This document shows, in pieces, positions 55,265 to 64,000 of a DNA stretch of 64,000 bases (positions are counted from its first letter, which is position 1; every line of letters starts with the position of its first letter). Position numbers and translations under genes: made by a program. Below the pieces are notes generated by a model. The model saw only the letters and a program-made list of their open reading frames with translations. It made no database searches and was not told where the DNA came from. Origin of the DNA: a virus (lineage: Duplodnaviria; Heunggongvirae; Uroviricota; Caudoviricetes); the IMG/VR virus record IMGVR_UViG_3300031784_000007. One strand, 5' to 3'.

Positions 55265-57163
55265 ATGCAAATGAAAAAAATTCTTTTATCATTAACGCTG
55301 GTTTGCGCTTCGCTGGTGAGTTACGCGCAAACATGTCCGACACCGTCCACGACGGCTGCTCACGTGACATTAGATTCAACTTACCAAACAGGTACCTATA
55401 GGTCTGGAAAAACAAACATAGGATTGTGTTGGTACAACAACACCTCAACAAACATTACGGCAACACAGTTTAGAGTATTCTACGATAAAACTGCGTTTGC
55501 TAAGGTTGATACTGTTACTTCGTTGAATACGTCGTTCTCACAGTATCTTCAGTATGTGGACAACCCAACAGGTGGATATGTAACAATTACTTTAACTTAC
55601 ACAGGTAATAATAGTAGTTTTACATTACCGAATGGTAAAATGTTCCAAGTTACTTTGAAACATTCATCAGTACTTGCAACAACATACTTTACCCCTACCG
55701 ATATGACATTTGGTGGAACCCCAACTTTTCCTCAGTTATCTACAACTCAGGCAGGTGCCGACTATGCGTTGACACTTAAAAACTTTGGTGGTGTTTTCAA
55801 ACCTCAGGTTATGTCATTTAAGGGTAAGTTTGTAAACGTTACTGGTACACCTTCAAAAAACTTGACAGTATCATTAGAGAAGAAACTTAAAACTTCTTCA
55901 ACATGGTCATATGTTCAAGATACCTTTACTAATAGTTTAGGTAAATTCTTCTTCACAGATGTTGCAATTGATACAACTGTTTGGGATGTAAGAATTGCAG
56001 TTAAAGGTGATACTATGGGTGTTGGAGCAATTGTTTCTACATCAGATGCACAAAGAATCAACCAATATGTATTGGGAACTCAGTCTATGACTGGTTTTGA
56101 TTACTATTCATCTGACGTAAACGGAGACAATTCAGTTTCAATCTCTGACGTTTATGGTGTTTACGCAAGAGTATCAGGTAGATTTACAACTTGGTCAAAT
56201 AGTGTTAAAGATGTTAAATTCTTTACAGTTTCTGAATACGACACTATTAACGGTTCGAGTAAAAACTACACAAGTACAATTGCGGGTGTAACAAACTTCA
56301 CATACCAAATCATCGCAGGTCAACCTGACTCTGTAACTTATTATGTTGTGTGTCCTGGTGATGCTAACGGAACAGGTTACAACAGAGCTCGTTTAACACC
56401 AATTCAAATTGTTAATCCAAACAATGCTAACAAACACATCATTGATGTAACTACAGCATATGATAACATTTTGGAAACTATTGAAGTTAACTACCCTAAA
56501 TTGGGTGTAGATGCTGGTGACGTGGTTAGAATTCCTGTAAAATTAAAAACAGGTGGTATTAACTTAGGTTCATTACAGATTTGTATGAAATACGATTCTA
56601 CTCTTTTAACTTTTAAAGGTGTAAAAAATGAAATGAAAACTTCTTATTGGATTTCTTTCATCAATACATCAAACAACATGGTTGAATGGGGTGGATATGA
56701 CCCATCTAATAACCAACACTTGGTTAACGATGGTGATTTGTTTTTTACATTAGAATTTGAATCTAAAAAACCACAGAACGAGTGGGGAAAAAGTCCATTG
56801 TATGTTCAAAGAAAATTTGCAGGTAACCCATTGGCAACTGATTTAAACATCACACCAACTGACGGAATCATTCAAGTTTTCAGAATGGGTGGTACAACAA
56901 ACAATTTCAAAGATATGATTTTATATCCTAACCCATTTGAGGGTGATGTAACAATTGGTTTTAAAATCTACAAAGAAGGTAAAAACATAATTGGTATTTA
57001 TGATATAAACGGAAAACAACAAATGGAAATTGTTGCAAACGAAACTAAAATTGGAATTTATTCAAACACAGTTGATTTGAGTTTTTTACCTCCAGGAACT
57101 TACTTGGCGGTTTTAAGAAACGAAGAAAAAACAACAACAAAAAAAGCAGTTAAAACTAAATAA
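55265..57163 (+). CDS. secreted protein with T9SS type-A C-terminal sorting domain (Por secretion CTD)
   Basis: Signal peptide; dockerin-like DVNGDNSVSISDVYGVY; C-terminus LYPNPFEGDVTIGF...IYDINGKQ...LPPGTYLAVL matches the type-A CTD. Confidence 0.75.
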   Translation: MQMKKILLSLTLVCASLVSYAQTCPTPSTTAAHVTLDSTYQTGTYRSGKTNIGLCWYNNTSTNITATQFRVFYDKTAFAKVDTVTSLNTSFSQYLQYVDNPTGGYVTITLTYTGNNSSFTLPNGKMFQVTLKHSSVLATTYFTPTDMTFGGTPTFPQLSTTQAGADYALTLKNFGGVFKPQVMSFKGKFVNVTGTPSKNLTVSLEKKLKTSSTWSYVQDTFTNSLGKFFFTDVAIDTTVWDVRIAVKGDTMGVGAIVSTSDAQRINQYVLGTQSMTGFDYYSSDVNGDNSVSISDVYGVYARVSGRFTTWSNSVKDVKFFTVSEYDTINGSSKNYTSTIAGVTNFTYQIIAGQPDSVTYYVVCPGDANGTGYNRARLTPIQIVNPNNANKHIIDVTTAYDNILETIEVNYPKLGVDAGDVVRIPVKLKTGGINLGSLQICMKYDSTLLTFKGVKNEMKTSYWISFINTSNNMVEWGGYDPSNNQHLVNDGDLFFTLEFESKKPQNEWGKSPLYVQRKFAGNPLATDLNITPTDGIIQVFRMGGTTNNFKDMILYPNPFEGDVTIGFKIYKEGKNIIGIYDINGKQQMEIVANETKIGIYSNTVDLSFLPPGTYLAVLRNEEKTTTKKAVKTK

Positions 57164-57230
57164 TAAATTTGGGGGTTACTGACCCCCATAAGCCGAAAAA
57201 AAAAATAAACAAAAAATAAAATACAAAAAA

Positions 57231-57563
57231 ATGAGTGAAGAACAAGAAACAAATGACAGTACTTGGTCAGGTTTAAAAAAAACAATTATCGGTACAATCG
57301 CAACAGCAGTTACGGCTGGTGGAGCATGGTTCACATCAACATTATTCGGTGGTGGTGATGACGAAGAAAAACCAAAAACAGAACAAGCACCTGCGGCAGC
57401 ACCTGTTATCAACTTAAGTGTTGACAATTCGTCAAAAAACACAGCAGGAGGTGGTGGCGGAACTACAACAGTTATCAAAGAAAAAACTGTTGTTGAAAAA
57501 CAAGCAGCACCAGCAGAATCTAAACCAGCAAAGAAAAGCGAAACTGAAGATGCGCCTTGGTAA
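57231..57563 (+). CDS. low-complexity Gly/Ala/Lys-rich small protein (uncertain)
   Basis: 110-aa ORF; the competing minus-strand ORF 57176-57616 was judged less likely. Confidence 0.3.
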   Translation: MSEEQETNDSTWSGLKKTIIGTIATAVTAGGAWFTSTLFGGGDDEEKPKTEQAPAAAPVINLSVDNSSKNTAGGGGGTTTVIKEKTVVEKQAAPAESKPAKKSETEDAPW

Positions 57564-58278
57564 TATACTAGTAGGTTTAACTTTATTATTTGCGAGTTGT
57601 GTATCAACACAACCACTAAGTGGGCAAATAGGTTCAGTTAAAACCGAAGAATATACCGCAGGATTTGAAAAGAAAAAATCTTTGGATTCATTACCTCCAT
57701 ACACAGATACAATTCAGATTCCAATACAAATTTTGAAAATTGGTATCAGTGAAGAAGTTTATGAGATGTACCCTGAGTTAAAAGACGCAAGAGTTGGTAT
57801 GGGTGTTACAAATATTGTTTTAGAATATTTGGAACAAACAGGAAGATTTGTTTTCACTGAAGACAAATTGGAAATAAAAGAAAGAATGGTTAACCAATTC
57901 AAAGCATCAAACAAAGGTTTTACTGAAAACAAAGTTGACGGTAAAGGTAAAATTAAGTTAGCAAAATACTTTGTCTACATTGAAGTTTATGACTTCTCTG
58001 TTGGTGAAGATGAGGTGGTTGAAACATCAGGTGTGACAATCAAACAAAATACACAACTTGGTTTACAAGTTAGATTTGTTGATGCAGAATCTGGTGAAGT
58101 TATCACAGGTAGTGGACAAGGAAAAGCGGTTACAACTAAAACATCATCAACTCTTGGTGATATTGATGGACCAAAATTCAATAAATCTACAGTTGGTGTA
58201 TCAACCAAAAAAGCATTAGAAACATCTACCGTAAGAGTGGTGGAAAAGTTGATAAAAAAAGGAGTATTTAAAAATTAA
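57550..58278 (+). CDS. outer-membrane lipoprotein, CsgG-like (tentative)
   Basis: Lipobox LLFASC; segments VLEYLEQTGRFVFTEDKLE and RFVDAESGEVITGSG resemble CsgG-family blocks. Confidence 0.4.
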   Translation: MRLGNILVGLTLLFASCVSTQPLSGQIGSVKTEEYTAGFEKKKSLDSLPPYTDTIQIPIQILKIGISEEVYEMYPELKDARVGMGVTNIVLEYLEQTGRFVFTEDKLEIKERMVNQFKASNKGFTENKVDGKGKIKLAKYFVYIEVYDFSVGEDEVVETSGVTIKQNTQLGLQVRFVDAESGEVITGSGQGKAVTTKTSSTLGDIDGPKFNKSTVGVSTKKALETSTVRVVEKLIKKGVFKN

Positions 58279-58279
58279 A

Positions 58280-58645
58280 ATGGCTATTAAAGACAAAATC
58301 AAAAATTCATTGGGTTTAGATAAACCTGATTTCGTAAAAGTAGAAGACAAAAACAGATTCTACTACATGTTGCAACAAATGCAAAATAATAGATGGAAAA
58401 TCACCTTGGCGGTGTTGTTCTTATTCTTCTTCATTATCGCTGGTATTAATTCAGCGGTTTTCTTCGGTGTATCCATCGGTGAAGATTGGAAAGAATTGTT
58501 ATTAATCTTGTTAGGTGCTTTTGTTGGTAACTTAAACAAAGTTGTTGACTATTGGTTCAACTCTGAAGACAGAGACAAAATGTTGATTCAAAAAGTTGAC
58601 GAAGAAGATGGTCAATCTTTATCTAACGTAACATCAGTTGATTAA
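58280..58645 (+). CDS. membrane protein (two TM segments)
   Basis: 121-aa ORF. Confidence 0.4.
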   Translation: MAIKDKIKNSLGLDKPDFVKVEDKNRFYYMLQQMQNNRWKITLAVLFLFFFIIAGINSAVFFGVSIGEDWKELLLILLGAFVGNLNKVVDYWFNSEDRDKMLIQKVDEEDGQSLSNVTSVD

Positions 58646-60447
58646 TGAAGTGGATATTTTCAATATTATTATTGTTAGTATCCTCTGCTAGTTTTGGTCA
58701 GGGGTTCTCATATTCGTATGTGGACCCCTGTTCTAAAAAAACAAATACTGTTTACATACCTTCGGGTCAAAATTCAGTAACAATAAGTTATTATGGAGTA
58801 GCAAATACGTTTACTCAAGCCGATTTTCAAAACGGAACATTTTCAGCGTGGATGTATTCAGTATCCGCAGCATCAACACAACCATGTGAGGGTTTAAAAA
58901 CACAAACACAAACCAATACAAATCAAATTATTACCAATAACATTATTTCAACACTAACAAGTGTGACAGCAGCGGCAACAATGTCCGTAACGAGTTCAAT
59001 TAGTTCTGTTAGTTCTCAAAGTGCAGGAACTGCGTTAGGAAATAGTGTGAATAACTCATCAGATAACAGTAGTGGTGGGGGAAGTTCAAAAGAAAACAAA
59101 AATGGACAGAATAATTCAGGAAGTAAATCAAATAATCAAGAAAGTGGAACCTCAGGACAACCTCAAGGAGGTGGAACAACAACTAATTCAACTCAAGGGT
59201 CTAATAAGACAGAAGGAGGAAGCTCATCAGGTACAAATCAATCAACTGAAGGAGGAAATCAACCGTCTGGCTCACCTGTAGGGGGTAATACGGCTCAAAA
59301 TCAACCAAATACGAGCCCAAATACAAATAAAACTGAGCCCAATACAGGGAATTCAGGGTCAAATACGGGGAATTCAGGTAATACCACACAATCAGGTCAA
59401 AATACAGGTAATAATACCCAATCGGGTACAAATACAGGGTCAAATGGGGGAAATAATACCCAATCGGGTACAAATACAGGGAATTCGGGGTCAAATACAA
59501 ATAATACAGGTGGTTCCGGTGGTACAAATACGGGGAATACAGGGTCAAATACGGGGAATTCAGGTTCTGGTGGTGGAAATACAGGGAATTCGGGGTCAAA
59601 TACAAATAATACAGGCGGTTCCGGTGGTTCGGGAGGTGGAACTGATACAAAAACCAACACAACAGACCCTACAACGACTCCTACGGACAGTAAATCAGGT
59701 GGGAATGGTGGAACCACCAACTCAGTTGCAAACGCTGCTGAGGCCTCATCAGGTGGTTCAACATCAAATGCATCAGAAGGTAGTGGTGGTGGAGGTAAAG
59801 GAGGCGCAAAATCAAATATTAGAGTGGGTTCAATCATTGGAACTGGTGATATTGTTGCAATTAGAAGTGCTGAAGATAATGCGAACTCATTTAAGGCAAC
59901 AATGTCTGTTACAAAATCAAATACTGATAATTCAAGAGCTAAGGGAGCTTTATTAAATTTTACAACCGCAATCAATAACTCAAATCTTACTTTTTACGGA
60001 GCGTTTACGAATAAAGCTAAATCAAATACTCTAATTTGCGCCAATTCAACAATGATTAACTTTAATTATGATTTGTTTAATACAACAACAGTTCTTGAAT
60101 CTCACAGATTTAACAAATTTTCACTTATGGGTGGTCTTAACTACACCATAGGTTCAATGGCTGAAACATCATTTAATAATATTTCAGCTGTTGGTGGTGG
60201 TTTTTACATGTTTAAAGTTAGTAAAAACTTATCAGGTAATATGTTGTTATTGGCGGTATATTCACCTTTTACAAAATTCTATGAAGGTACTTGGTGGCAA
60301 TCAGGAACATTGTTAGTCCCATTTAGTTCTTGGGATTATTCAATTTCAAAAAACTTTAAATATAATGTCAGTTTCTCAGGAACATGGGAAGTTGGTAAAT
60401 CTGTATTACAATATCAGATATTAACAGGTGGTAAAATAATGTTATAA
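58645..60447 (+). CDS. secreted protein with a long Gly/Ser/Asn/Thr low-complexity repeat region and a C-terminal beta-rich (OMP-like) domain
   Basis: Signal peptide MKWIFSILLLLVSSASFGQ; DNA tandem repeats at 59330-59650. Confidence 0.5.
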   Translation: MKWIFSILLLLVSSASFGQGFSYSYVDPCSKKTNTVYIPSGQNSVTISYYGVANTFTQADFQNGTFSAWMYSVSAASTQPCEGLKTQTQTNTNQIITNNIISTLTSVTAAATMSVTSSISSVSSQSAGTALGNSVNNSSDNSSGGGSSKENKNGQNNSGSKSNNQESGTSGQPQGGGTTTNSTQGSNKTEGGSSSGTNQSTEGGNQPSGSPVGGNTAQNQPNTSPNTNKTEPNTGNSGSNTGNSGNTTQSGQNTGNNTQSGTNTGSNGGNNTQSGTNTGNSGSNTNNTGGSGGTNTGNTGSNTGNSGSGGGNTGNSGSNTNNTGGSGGSGGGTDTKTNTTDPTTTPTDSKSGGNGGTTNSVANAAEASSGGSTSNASEGSGGGGKGGAKSNIRVGSIIGTGDIVAIRSAEDNANSFKATMSVTKSNTDNSRAKGALLNFTTAINNSNLTFYGAFTNKAKSNTLICANSTMINFNYDLFNTTTVLESHRFNKFSLMGGLNYTIGSMAETSFNNISAVGGGFYMFKVSKNLSGNMLLLAVYSPFTKFYEGTWWQSGTLLVPFSSWDYSISKNFKYNVSFSGTWEVGKSVLQYQILTGGKIML

Positions 60448-60451
60448 AAAT

Positions 60452-60907
60452 ATGAAAAACACAATTATACTATTAGGTATTATACTCACGGGTATAATCA
60501 ACCTAAACGCACAGGACTGTTACACAGTCAAAGAAGTTAACAACAAAACTGAAAATCCTGACCTTTCATCAAAAAGATTCACTTTCGGTATAAAACAAAT
60601 GACTGAAGAGTTGTTGGGTGAAAAATTTACAATCTGTACTGATGGTAAACCTGTTGTAGTTAACATCACATCAATTGAAGCTCCGACTGTTGGTATTAAC
60701 ATTGGTCCGTTTATGATTAGAAAGAAAAATACAATTGTAAAAACCGAAATCGTTATCAATGATAAAGTTTATGTTGGTGAGGGTACCGCAAAACTTTCAG
60801 TTAAAGCATCTTTTGCAGAATTAAAAGATGAAAATTTACCATTTGAAAAAAGCGTTTTTGCATCAGCAGTTAAAAAATCATTACAAGACGGTATTTCTAA
60901 AATATAA
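60452..60907 (+). CDS. secreted hypothetical protein
   Basis: Signal peptide; 151 aa. Confidence 0.45.
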   Translation: MKNTIILLGIILTGIINLNAQDCYTVKEVNNKTENPDLSSKRFTFGIKQMTEELLGEKFTICTDGKPVVVNITSIEAPTVGINIGPFMIRKKNTIVKTEIVINDKVYVGEGTAKLSVKASFAELKDENLPFEKSVFASAVKKSLQDGISKI

Positions 60908-61983
60908 TGAAGTGGATTATATTCATATTAACTTTTTTCATATCACTGAAGTCATATTCTCAATCACCATTATGTGCTAGTAGACCAACAAGTTTTTGTT
61001 GTGAATATGTTTCAAGTGTGAGTATTAATGGAAAAACATTTGCAGGAAGTACAGGATTTAGTAATACATCTGGTGGTAGTCCTGCGGGTTATTATGATTA
61101 TACATACACCAAAGATACTGTCCCAAGAATTAAAGCGGGTCAAAGTATTTCTATTTCATATACAGGGGTTACCAACGGTAACTACATGGAGTATTTCAAA
61201 CTATGGATTGATTTTAACGGTAATGGTGTTTTAACCGATGCCGGTGAGTTGGTCCATAGTTCTAATTATCAATGGACAGGTACCAAAACAGTTACCGCAA
61301 GTTTCACCGTTCCAACATCTGTTTATAACGGTGAAGTATATATGAGATTTGTAATGCAATATTCAGGTTCTCCTGTAATATGTGGTACATACTCATATGG
61401 AAATACATTTGATTTCAAAACAAGAATTGTAGGTGCGACTGACCCATTTAGTTATACAGGATATATCTATAATTCAGAAGGAACTGGTATTCAAAGTATT
61501 CCCGTAGAGTTATATAGTAAATTAAAAACTGATGTTACTTACACTTCTTTAAATAGCGTAACAACAGATGCAAATGGTAAGTTTAGTTTAAGTTCAACTA
61601 GAGACGCTACCTTATATGATTTTCAATTGAGAATCAGTACTCTAACAATATCATCACCAATTGTTAATGATGCAAAATTATTTAATACTAAAGTAATTGA
61701 ACAATCGTTTAATTCACGTGATTATTATAGAATGGATGTTAATAATGATGATAATTTATCTATAACAGATGTTTATGTAATTTATATGAAAATTATTGGT
61801 GTTGGTTGGAAATCAGGTGTTGTTAATTATAGAATTTTTACACCGACTGAATGGAGTACAATCAGTACATCAACAAGTAATTTGAAATCAACCTATTCAG
61901 GGACACAAACCATTACAGTCAATGGGTTAACAAATAAAGGTAGCTCTAATTACTATTTAGTGAGAACAGGATATAGATTCTAA
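60907..61983 (+). CDS. secreted protein with a dockerin-like Ca-binding motif and a CarbopepD_reg-like segment
   Basis: Signal peptide MKWIIFILTFFISLKSYSQ; DVNNDDNLSITDVYVIY parallels the motif in 55265-57163; TDANGKFSLSS. Confidence 0.5.
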   Translation: MKWIIFILTFFISLKSYSQSPLCASRPTSFCCEYVSSVSINGKTFAGSTGFSNTSGGSPAGYYDYTYTKDTVPRIKAGQSISISYTGVTNGNYMEYFKLWIDFNGNGVLTDAGELVHSSNYQWTGTKTVTASFTVPTSVYNGEVYMRFVMQYSGSPVICGTYSYGNTFDFKTRIVGATDPFSYTGYIYNSEGTGIQSIPVELYSKLKTDVTYTSLNSVTTDANGKFSLSSTRDATLYDFQLRISTLTISSPIVNDAKLFNTKVIEQSFNSRDYYRMDVNNDDNLSITDVYVIYMKIIGVGWKSGVVNYRIFTPTEWSTISTSTSNLKSTYSGTQTITVNGLTNKGSSNYYLVRTGYRF

Positions 61984-62025
61984 CATTATATTTTAAAATA
62001 TATTTGTTTTTAATAAAGTTTGTTA

Positions 62026-62033
62026 TTACCTTT
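62026..62033 (+). promoter_or_regulatory. -7 promoter box TAccTTTG
   Basis: Lies 8 nt before ATG 62042. Confidence 0.4.
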
Positions 62034-62041
62034 GTTCCAAT

Positions 62042-62449
62042 ATGGAATATAAACATACCTTTAAAAGGTTTCTTCAGAGAATCGCCATTGATATTACACG
62101 TAAGTTGGACTATCGTACATTAGATAAGTCTACTCACGGGAAAGAATGTTTTTCAATTTGTCAGAAATTAATCGGTAATCCCGAATCAGAACTTATTGTA
62201 TCACCATTAACGGCAAAAAGATACATTAAAAATGATGATTCAAATATCTTTGTAATTATACAAGGACGAACAGTTCAAATCATCAACCATATTTATAGTT
62301 ATTCAATACATCTTGATGAAAAGACATATGAAAGGGTAATGGCAACATTCAACCAAGAACAAGAAAAAAGATGTCTTAAATTGGAATCAGAAGTAGAAGT
62401 AAACATTAAACACTCACTTAAAAATATAATTAATAATTTACAAAAATAA
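62042..62449 (+). CDS. hypothetical protein
   Basis: 135-aa ORF. Confidence 0.4.
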   Translation: MEYKHTFKRFLQRIAIDITRKLDYRTLDKSTHGKECFSICQKLIGNPESELIVSPLTAKRYIKNDDSNIFVIIQGRTVQIINHIYSYSIHLDEKTYERVMATFNQEQEKRCLKLESEVEVNIKHSLKNIINNLQK

Positions 62450-62450
62450 T

Positions 62451-62750
62451 ATGAACAAGTCATTTAAAAATACGTATAGATTAGGAATGTTGGTCTTTAT
62501 AATCACAACATTATTTGCCAGCATTATTTTTGGTGCCATGTTTCGTTCTTGTAGTTCTGAACCTGTTGTCAACGTTAACGTAATGGACCGCAAAAATGAA
62601 TCAGTTCACGATACATTCTACATGGATAGAGAAGTCACAAGAGTAATACGTGACACTGTTAGAATACAAATCAAACCTGTGGTAATACCAACCGTAAAAC
62701 CTGTGGTAAAACCAACAGTAATACCAAAGACGGATACTACATCTAAATAA
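62451..62750 (+). CDS. single-TM protein with a C-terminal KPVV repeat
   Basis: 99-aa ORF. Confidence 0.4.
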   Translation: MNKSFKNTYRLGMLVFIITTLFASIIFGAMFRSCSSEPVVNVNVMDRKNESVHDTFYMDREVTRVIRDTVRIQIKPVVIPTVKPVVKPTVIPKTDTTSK

Positions 62751-62755
62751 TTTTT

Positions 62756-62829
62756 GGACCCTTAGCTCAGTTGGTTAGAGCGGCTGACTCATAATCAGTA
62801 GGTCACAGGTTCAAGCCCTGTAGGGTCCA
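62756..62829 (+). tRNA. tRNA-Met or Ile2 (CAT), CCA encoded
   Basis: Acceptor ggaccct/agggtcc, anticodon stem gctga/tcagt with loop cTCATaa, T arm acagg-TTCAAGC-cctgt. Confidence 0.75.
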
Positions 62830-62831
62830 CC

Positions 62832-63185
62832 ATGAATATAAATTTAAAAAACTTTTTGTTTTGTTTTGGAATATTTGCGTTAAGCCAAGTTTTGGTTTGG
62901 TTTCAACTGAATGGACAATTCTTTAATGAGTGGTTCAAAAAGAATACCTTTTTATTATCCCTTGTTGGTATTCCAATTAGTTATCTTTATATCTATGGTA
63001 CAAATTATGGTGTAAAAGCATTTGATGGATTGCTGTGGCCACAAAGATTTTTAGGGTTTTCTATTGGTATAATTATATTTGCAATTTTAAGTCATAGTAT
63101 TATGGATGAGACAATTAATTTCAAAACAATGCTGTCTTTATTCCTTTCTTTTCTTATAATATTAGTACAATTATTTATTAAATAA
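62832..63185 (+). CDS. membrane protein (three to four TM segments)
   Basis: 117-aa ORF starting 3 nt after the tRNA. Confidence 0.45.
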   Translation: MNINLKNFLFCFGIFALSQVLVWFQLNGQFFNEWFKKNTFLLSLVGIPISYLYIYGTNYGVKAFDGLLWPQRFLGFSIGIIIFAILSHSIMDETINFKTMLSLFLSFLIILVQLFIK

Positions 63186-63190
63186 GACTA

Positions 63191-63369
63191 TGGCATATTG
63201 TATTGTAAAATTGATGAAAAATACTAATGGTATTGAATTACCAGTTATCTTATTAGACAACAATGATGAGGTTTGGGAGTTTGAAAATAGTGATGTTGCT
63301 ATTAAAATGGCGGAAATTTTAACAAAAAATTCTGATTCAGGTTATAGATATTACGTAAAAAAGGTTTAG
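63191..63369 (+). CDS. small hypothetical protein (59 aa, not in ORF track)
   Basis: MAYCIVKLMKNTNGIELPVILLDNND.... Confidence 0.3.
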
Positions 63370-63387
63370 TTTTGTAATTATAAACAT

Positions 63388-63461
63388 GTCTTCGTAGCTC
63401 AGCTGGATAGAGCAACTGCCTTCTAAGCAGTAGGTCACAGGTTCGAATCCTGTCGGAGACA
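63388..63461 (+). tRNA. tRNA-Arg (TCT)
   Basis: Acceptor gtcttcg/cggagac, anticodon stem actgc/gcagt with loop cTTCTaa, T arm acagg-TTCGAAT-cctgt. Confidence 0.8.
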
Positions 63462-63472
63462 CAAAAAAATAC

Positions 63473-63559
63473 GGAGGTTTGGCAGAGCGGTCGATTGCGT
63501 CAGTCTTGAAAACTGAAGATGTTGAAAGGCATCCTGGGGTTCGAATCCCTAAGCCTCCG
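63473..63559 (+). tRNA. tRNA-Ser (TGA), type II, discriminator G
   Basis: Acceptor ggaggtt/agcctcc, 3-bp D-stem gca/tgc, anticodon stem tcagt/actga with loop cTTGAaa, long variable arm, T arm tgggg-TTCGAAT-cccta. Confidence 0.7.
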
Positions 63560-63563
63560 CAAA

Positions 63564-63598
63564 ATCTTGGGACACCAACCCAAGATTTTTTTTTTTGG
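63564..63598 (+). terminator. intrinsic terminator (ATCTTGGG / CCCAAGAT plus 12 T residues)
   Basis: 8-bp stem. Confidence 0.7.
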
Positions 63599-63684
63599 AA
63601 GATTACCCAAGTCGGTGAAGGGGGCAGTTTGCTAAACTGTTAGGCTGAGAAATTGGCGCGGGGGTTCGAGTCCCTCATCTTCCG
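63599..63684 (+). tRNA. tRNA-Ser (GCT), type II, discriminator G
   Basis: Acceptor ggaagat/atcttcc, D ccc/ggg, anticodon stem gcagt/actgt with loop tTGCTaa, long variable arm, T arm ggggg-TTCGAGT-ccctc. Confidence 0.7.
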
Positions 63685-63727
63685 CAGAAAAAGAACCAAG
63701 TTATTTGACTCGGTTTTTTTTATTTAC

Positions 63728-63735
63728 TATCTTTG
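63728..63735 (+). promoter_or_regulatory. -7 promoter box TAtcTTTG
   Basis: Lies 18 nt before ATG 63753. Confidence 0.4.
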
Positions 63736-63752
63736 TATCAAATAATTTAATC

Positions 63753-64000
63753 ATGACAAAATTAAAAGAATTTAGAGAAACCGCCCCTGATTGGATGAAG
63801 ATTTCAATGTTAGATGTTTTGGAACTGATAGACTCATCCAAAACTAATAAATTTTTACCAATGTTGACACAGATAGTTAACAATAGTTATAGGACAAGGA
63901 CTGATAATCCTCATGAAATTGATGACTATAGAAGAGAATTGGTACAAAGAGTTCCAAGTTTGAAAAATAAAATAAATACTTTTGGTAAGGGGACTCTTTT
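63753..64000 (+). CDS. hypothetical protein, partial (runs off the right edge)
   Basis: MTKLKEFRETAPDWMKISMLDV... open to the window end. Confidence 0.4.
   Translation, partial: MTKLKEFRETAPDWMKISMLDVLELIDSSKTNKFLPMLTQIVNNSYRTRTDNPHEIDDYRRELVQRVPSLKNKINTFGKGTL

Noticed and set aside
57176-57616. Minus-strand 146-aa ORF competing with the plus-strand 57231-57563 ORF and the lipoprotein start
   Set aside because: The translation is poly-Pro/Ala/Phe low complexity typical of an antisense frame; the plus-strand arrangement fits the promoter and the downstream lipoprotein.
59330-59650. Possible CRISPR-like or satellite array (approximately 21-nt periodic repeats)
   Set aside because: The repeats are in frame inside a coding region (a Gly/Asn/Ser/Thr-rich protein linker), imperfect and without spacers. 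No CRISPR array or cas gene was seen anywhere in the window.
1-64000. Transposons, IS elements, integrase or att sites, rRNA genes
   Set aside because: No transposase- or integrase-like ORF, no long inverted or direct repeats bounding a segment, and no rRNA-like sequence was seen. The mobile-element content is limited to the HNH and GIY-YIG homing endonucleases.

Overview
AT-rich (about 33 percent GC), densely coded window that reads as part of a large tailed phage (jumbo or mega-phage) infecting a Bacteroidetes host. Phage calls: a terminase large subunit fragment at the left edge, an HNH endonuclease, a GIY-YIG homing endonuclease next to a thymidylate-synthase gene, an N-domain-less ClpC-like AAA+ unfoldase, and lysis enzymes (SLT transglycosylase, M23 peptidase). 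Host-lineage signals: the Bacteroidetes -7 promoter box TAnnTTTG recurs about 10-25 nt before many gene and tRNA starts, there is no Shine-Dalgarno, and two proteins end in T9SS C-terminal sorting domains (one type A at 55265-57163, one type B on a 1511-aa surface protein at 23224-27759), alongside lipoproteins with LxxC lipoboxes. The dominant feature is a roughly 7-kb tRNA island (45.7-52.7 kb) with about 25 canonical tRNAs, a smaller 4-tRNA cluster at 62.7-63.7 kb, and a lone tRNA-Leu at 14.16 kb. The island also carries several non-canonical tRNA-like RNAs that share an identical acceptor/T-arm scaffold but have hairpin or insert cores. Most notable: one island tRNA has a CTA anticodon (amber suppressor), and 1.1 kb upstream two consecutive genes both begin ATG-AAA-TAG. 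The first of these is a PTH2-family peptidyl-tRNA hydrolase whose conserved N-terminal strand lies between the TAG and the next ATG, so it appears to need amber read-through (or a non-AUG restart). Together these point to stop-codon recoding or suppressor-gated expression. Other items: a Pnkp-like kinase plus phosphoesterase with an Rnl1-like RNA ligase (tRNA repair), a roughly 520-nt ORF-free GC-elevated region bounded by a promoter and an intrinsic terminator (candidate structured ncRNA), an attenuator-like leader peptide with alternative hairpins ahead of the tRNA operon, a duplicated thyA 3' end fused to the homing endonuclease, PPK2, an RmlC-like cupin, CYTH, SPFH, an aminotransferase, and a paralogous domain pair with a conserved SCxYGAxTKWC motif. 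No CRISPR array, IS element or rRNA was found. Nothing could be searched or folded computationally, so all family assignments rest on motif recognition by eye.
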